A stretch of 64,000 bases of DNA. Source: Candidatus Poribacteria bacterium (GTDB taxonomy: Bacteria; Poribacteria; WGA-4E; PCPOR2b). The stretch is from positions 1,376,001 to 1,440,000 of the forward strand of contig OZ242326.1 in the NCBI GenBank assembly GCA_965208325.1, given 5' to 3'. The first letter of the stretch is position 1. Each line of letters starts with the position of its first letter. Below are positions 63,236 through 64,000 of this stretch, one piece after another. The position numbers and the translations under genes are program-made. The notes beneath the pieces are model-generated. The model had not been told where the DNA came from. It saw only the letters and a program-made list of their open reading frames with translations, and made no database searches.

Positions 63236-63631
63236 CCTTAGCGAAAAAAATTCGGGTGTGGCTGCACCTATCGCAGCGGGTCACCTTGCCCCAACGCACC
63301 GATGATAAGCGAGGCGTCTTGCCCTACATTCCTTATGAATCATCGAATCACGGCGCGGATAAAGAGTTACTCCGCAAAAAAATATTTCCGAGCGTGTTCC
63401 ATCTTCAATCCAAACAATAAACAGTTGAAAACCTCGGCTGCCGCGTGTAAAATGAATAGGACCAATCATTGATTCCACGCACGATTAAGGTCTAATGTGA
63501 TCGGCAAATTACGATAGCATCGCAGTAATTATTTTACTCCAAGAAACTCTAAAGGAGTTGAAAAGAAATTAAACAACCTCATCCAAATTAGACCCACACC
63601 ACCCAGAATGGTTGACATCAGGAGGTTTAAA

Positions 63632-63958
63632 ATGGGAAAAATCAAACCGCATATTGAAATCACACCCGGAATTTGCGGCGGTAAACCTCGCATCGCCGGA
63701 CACCGGATTCGGGTGCAAGACATCGTGATATTGCACGATAAGATGGGCAAAGACCCATATGAGATTGCCAATGACTATCCTTCCATTACATTGGCCGATG
63801 TCTATGCCGCACTGGTTTATTATTTGGACAACCTAGAAGAAATTCGCCAAGACATTGTAGAGTCGGAGAGATTAGAGGATGAGATGAGTGCCAAGACCCG
63901 TTCCCCACTGATGCAGAAAATCAAGGAATGGAATCAAAATCATGCCTCAAACGATTAA
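63632..63958 (+). CDS. DUF433 antitoxin-like protein
   Basis: IEITPGICGGKPRIAGHRIRVQDI, YPSITLADVYAALVYY; AGGAGG RBS before ATG 63632. Confidence 0.88.
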   Translation: MGKIKPHIEITPGICGGKPRIAGHRIRVQDIVILHDKMGKDPYEIANDYPSITLADVYAALVYYLDNLEEIRQDIVESERLEDEMSAKTRSPLMQKIKEWNQNHASND

Positions 63959-64000
63959 ATTCCGCCACGATGAGGATGTTAATGCGGGGAGTCAAAGAAG
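63942..64000 (+). CDS. Start of a probable DUF5615 PIN-like toxin, truncated by the window edge
   Basis: Overlaps the DUF433 stop; MPQTIKFRHDEDV resembles the xxFxLDENV start of the usual DUF433 partner. Confidence 0.45.
   Translation, partial: MPQTIKFRHDEDVNAGSQR

Noticed and set aside
361..63771. Numerous 60-190 aa ORFs overlapping the called genes on other frames or strands
   Set aside because: No recognisable motifs; consistent with shadow ORFs of the main coding sequences.

Overview
Bacterial genomic window with no rRNA, tRNA, CRISPR array or intact transposase visible. The gene style suggests Candidatus Poribacteria or a related lineage (inference): cohesin/dockerin/'QNYPNPFNPETWIP' C-terminal-domain surface proteins, ECF sigma factors fused to ectodomains, and many beta-propellers. 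Housekeeping genes include a leuB-like dehydrogenase, sdh, hflX, an argD-like aminotransferase, a Zn-ADH, an IMPase and Gfo/Idh/MocA oxidoreductases. Four features stand out. (1) 6.0-22.8 kb is a co-directional locus bracketed by two sigma54 (-24/-12) promoters that reads like a complete trans-envelope relay: two secreted CTD proteins, a PorV-like barrel fused to a transglutaminase-like domain, a FecR-like protein carrying a catalytically dead copy of that domain, a CHASE2 kinase, an NtrC-type activator with a non-GAFTGA loop, and a sigma54-driven alternative sigma70 with altered melting residues. (2) Three membrane-anchored ECF sigma-ectodomain fusions each carry an in-frame internal Shine-Dalgarno+ATG right after the sigma domain; two have near-identical sigma heads, swapped ectodomains (C-type lectin vs pseudo-thioredoxin) and a shared AAC-N18-GTCTA upstream motif. 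(3) A BCP-type peroxiredoxin split by the ORF track is a selenoprotein, with an in-frame UGA at the peroxidatic position and a SECIS-like hairpin. (4) A hybrid succinate dehydrogenase operon has one SdhA but two different Fe-S subunit/anchor sets. All family calls come from motif recognition by eye; no database searches were run.
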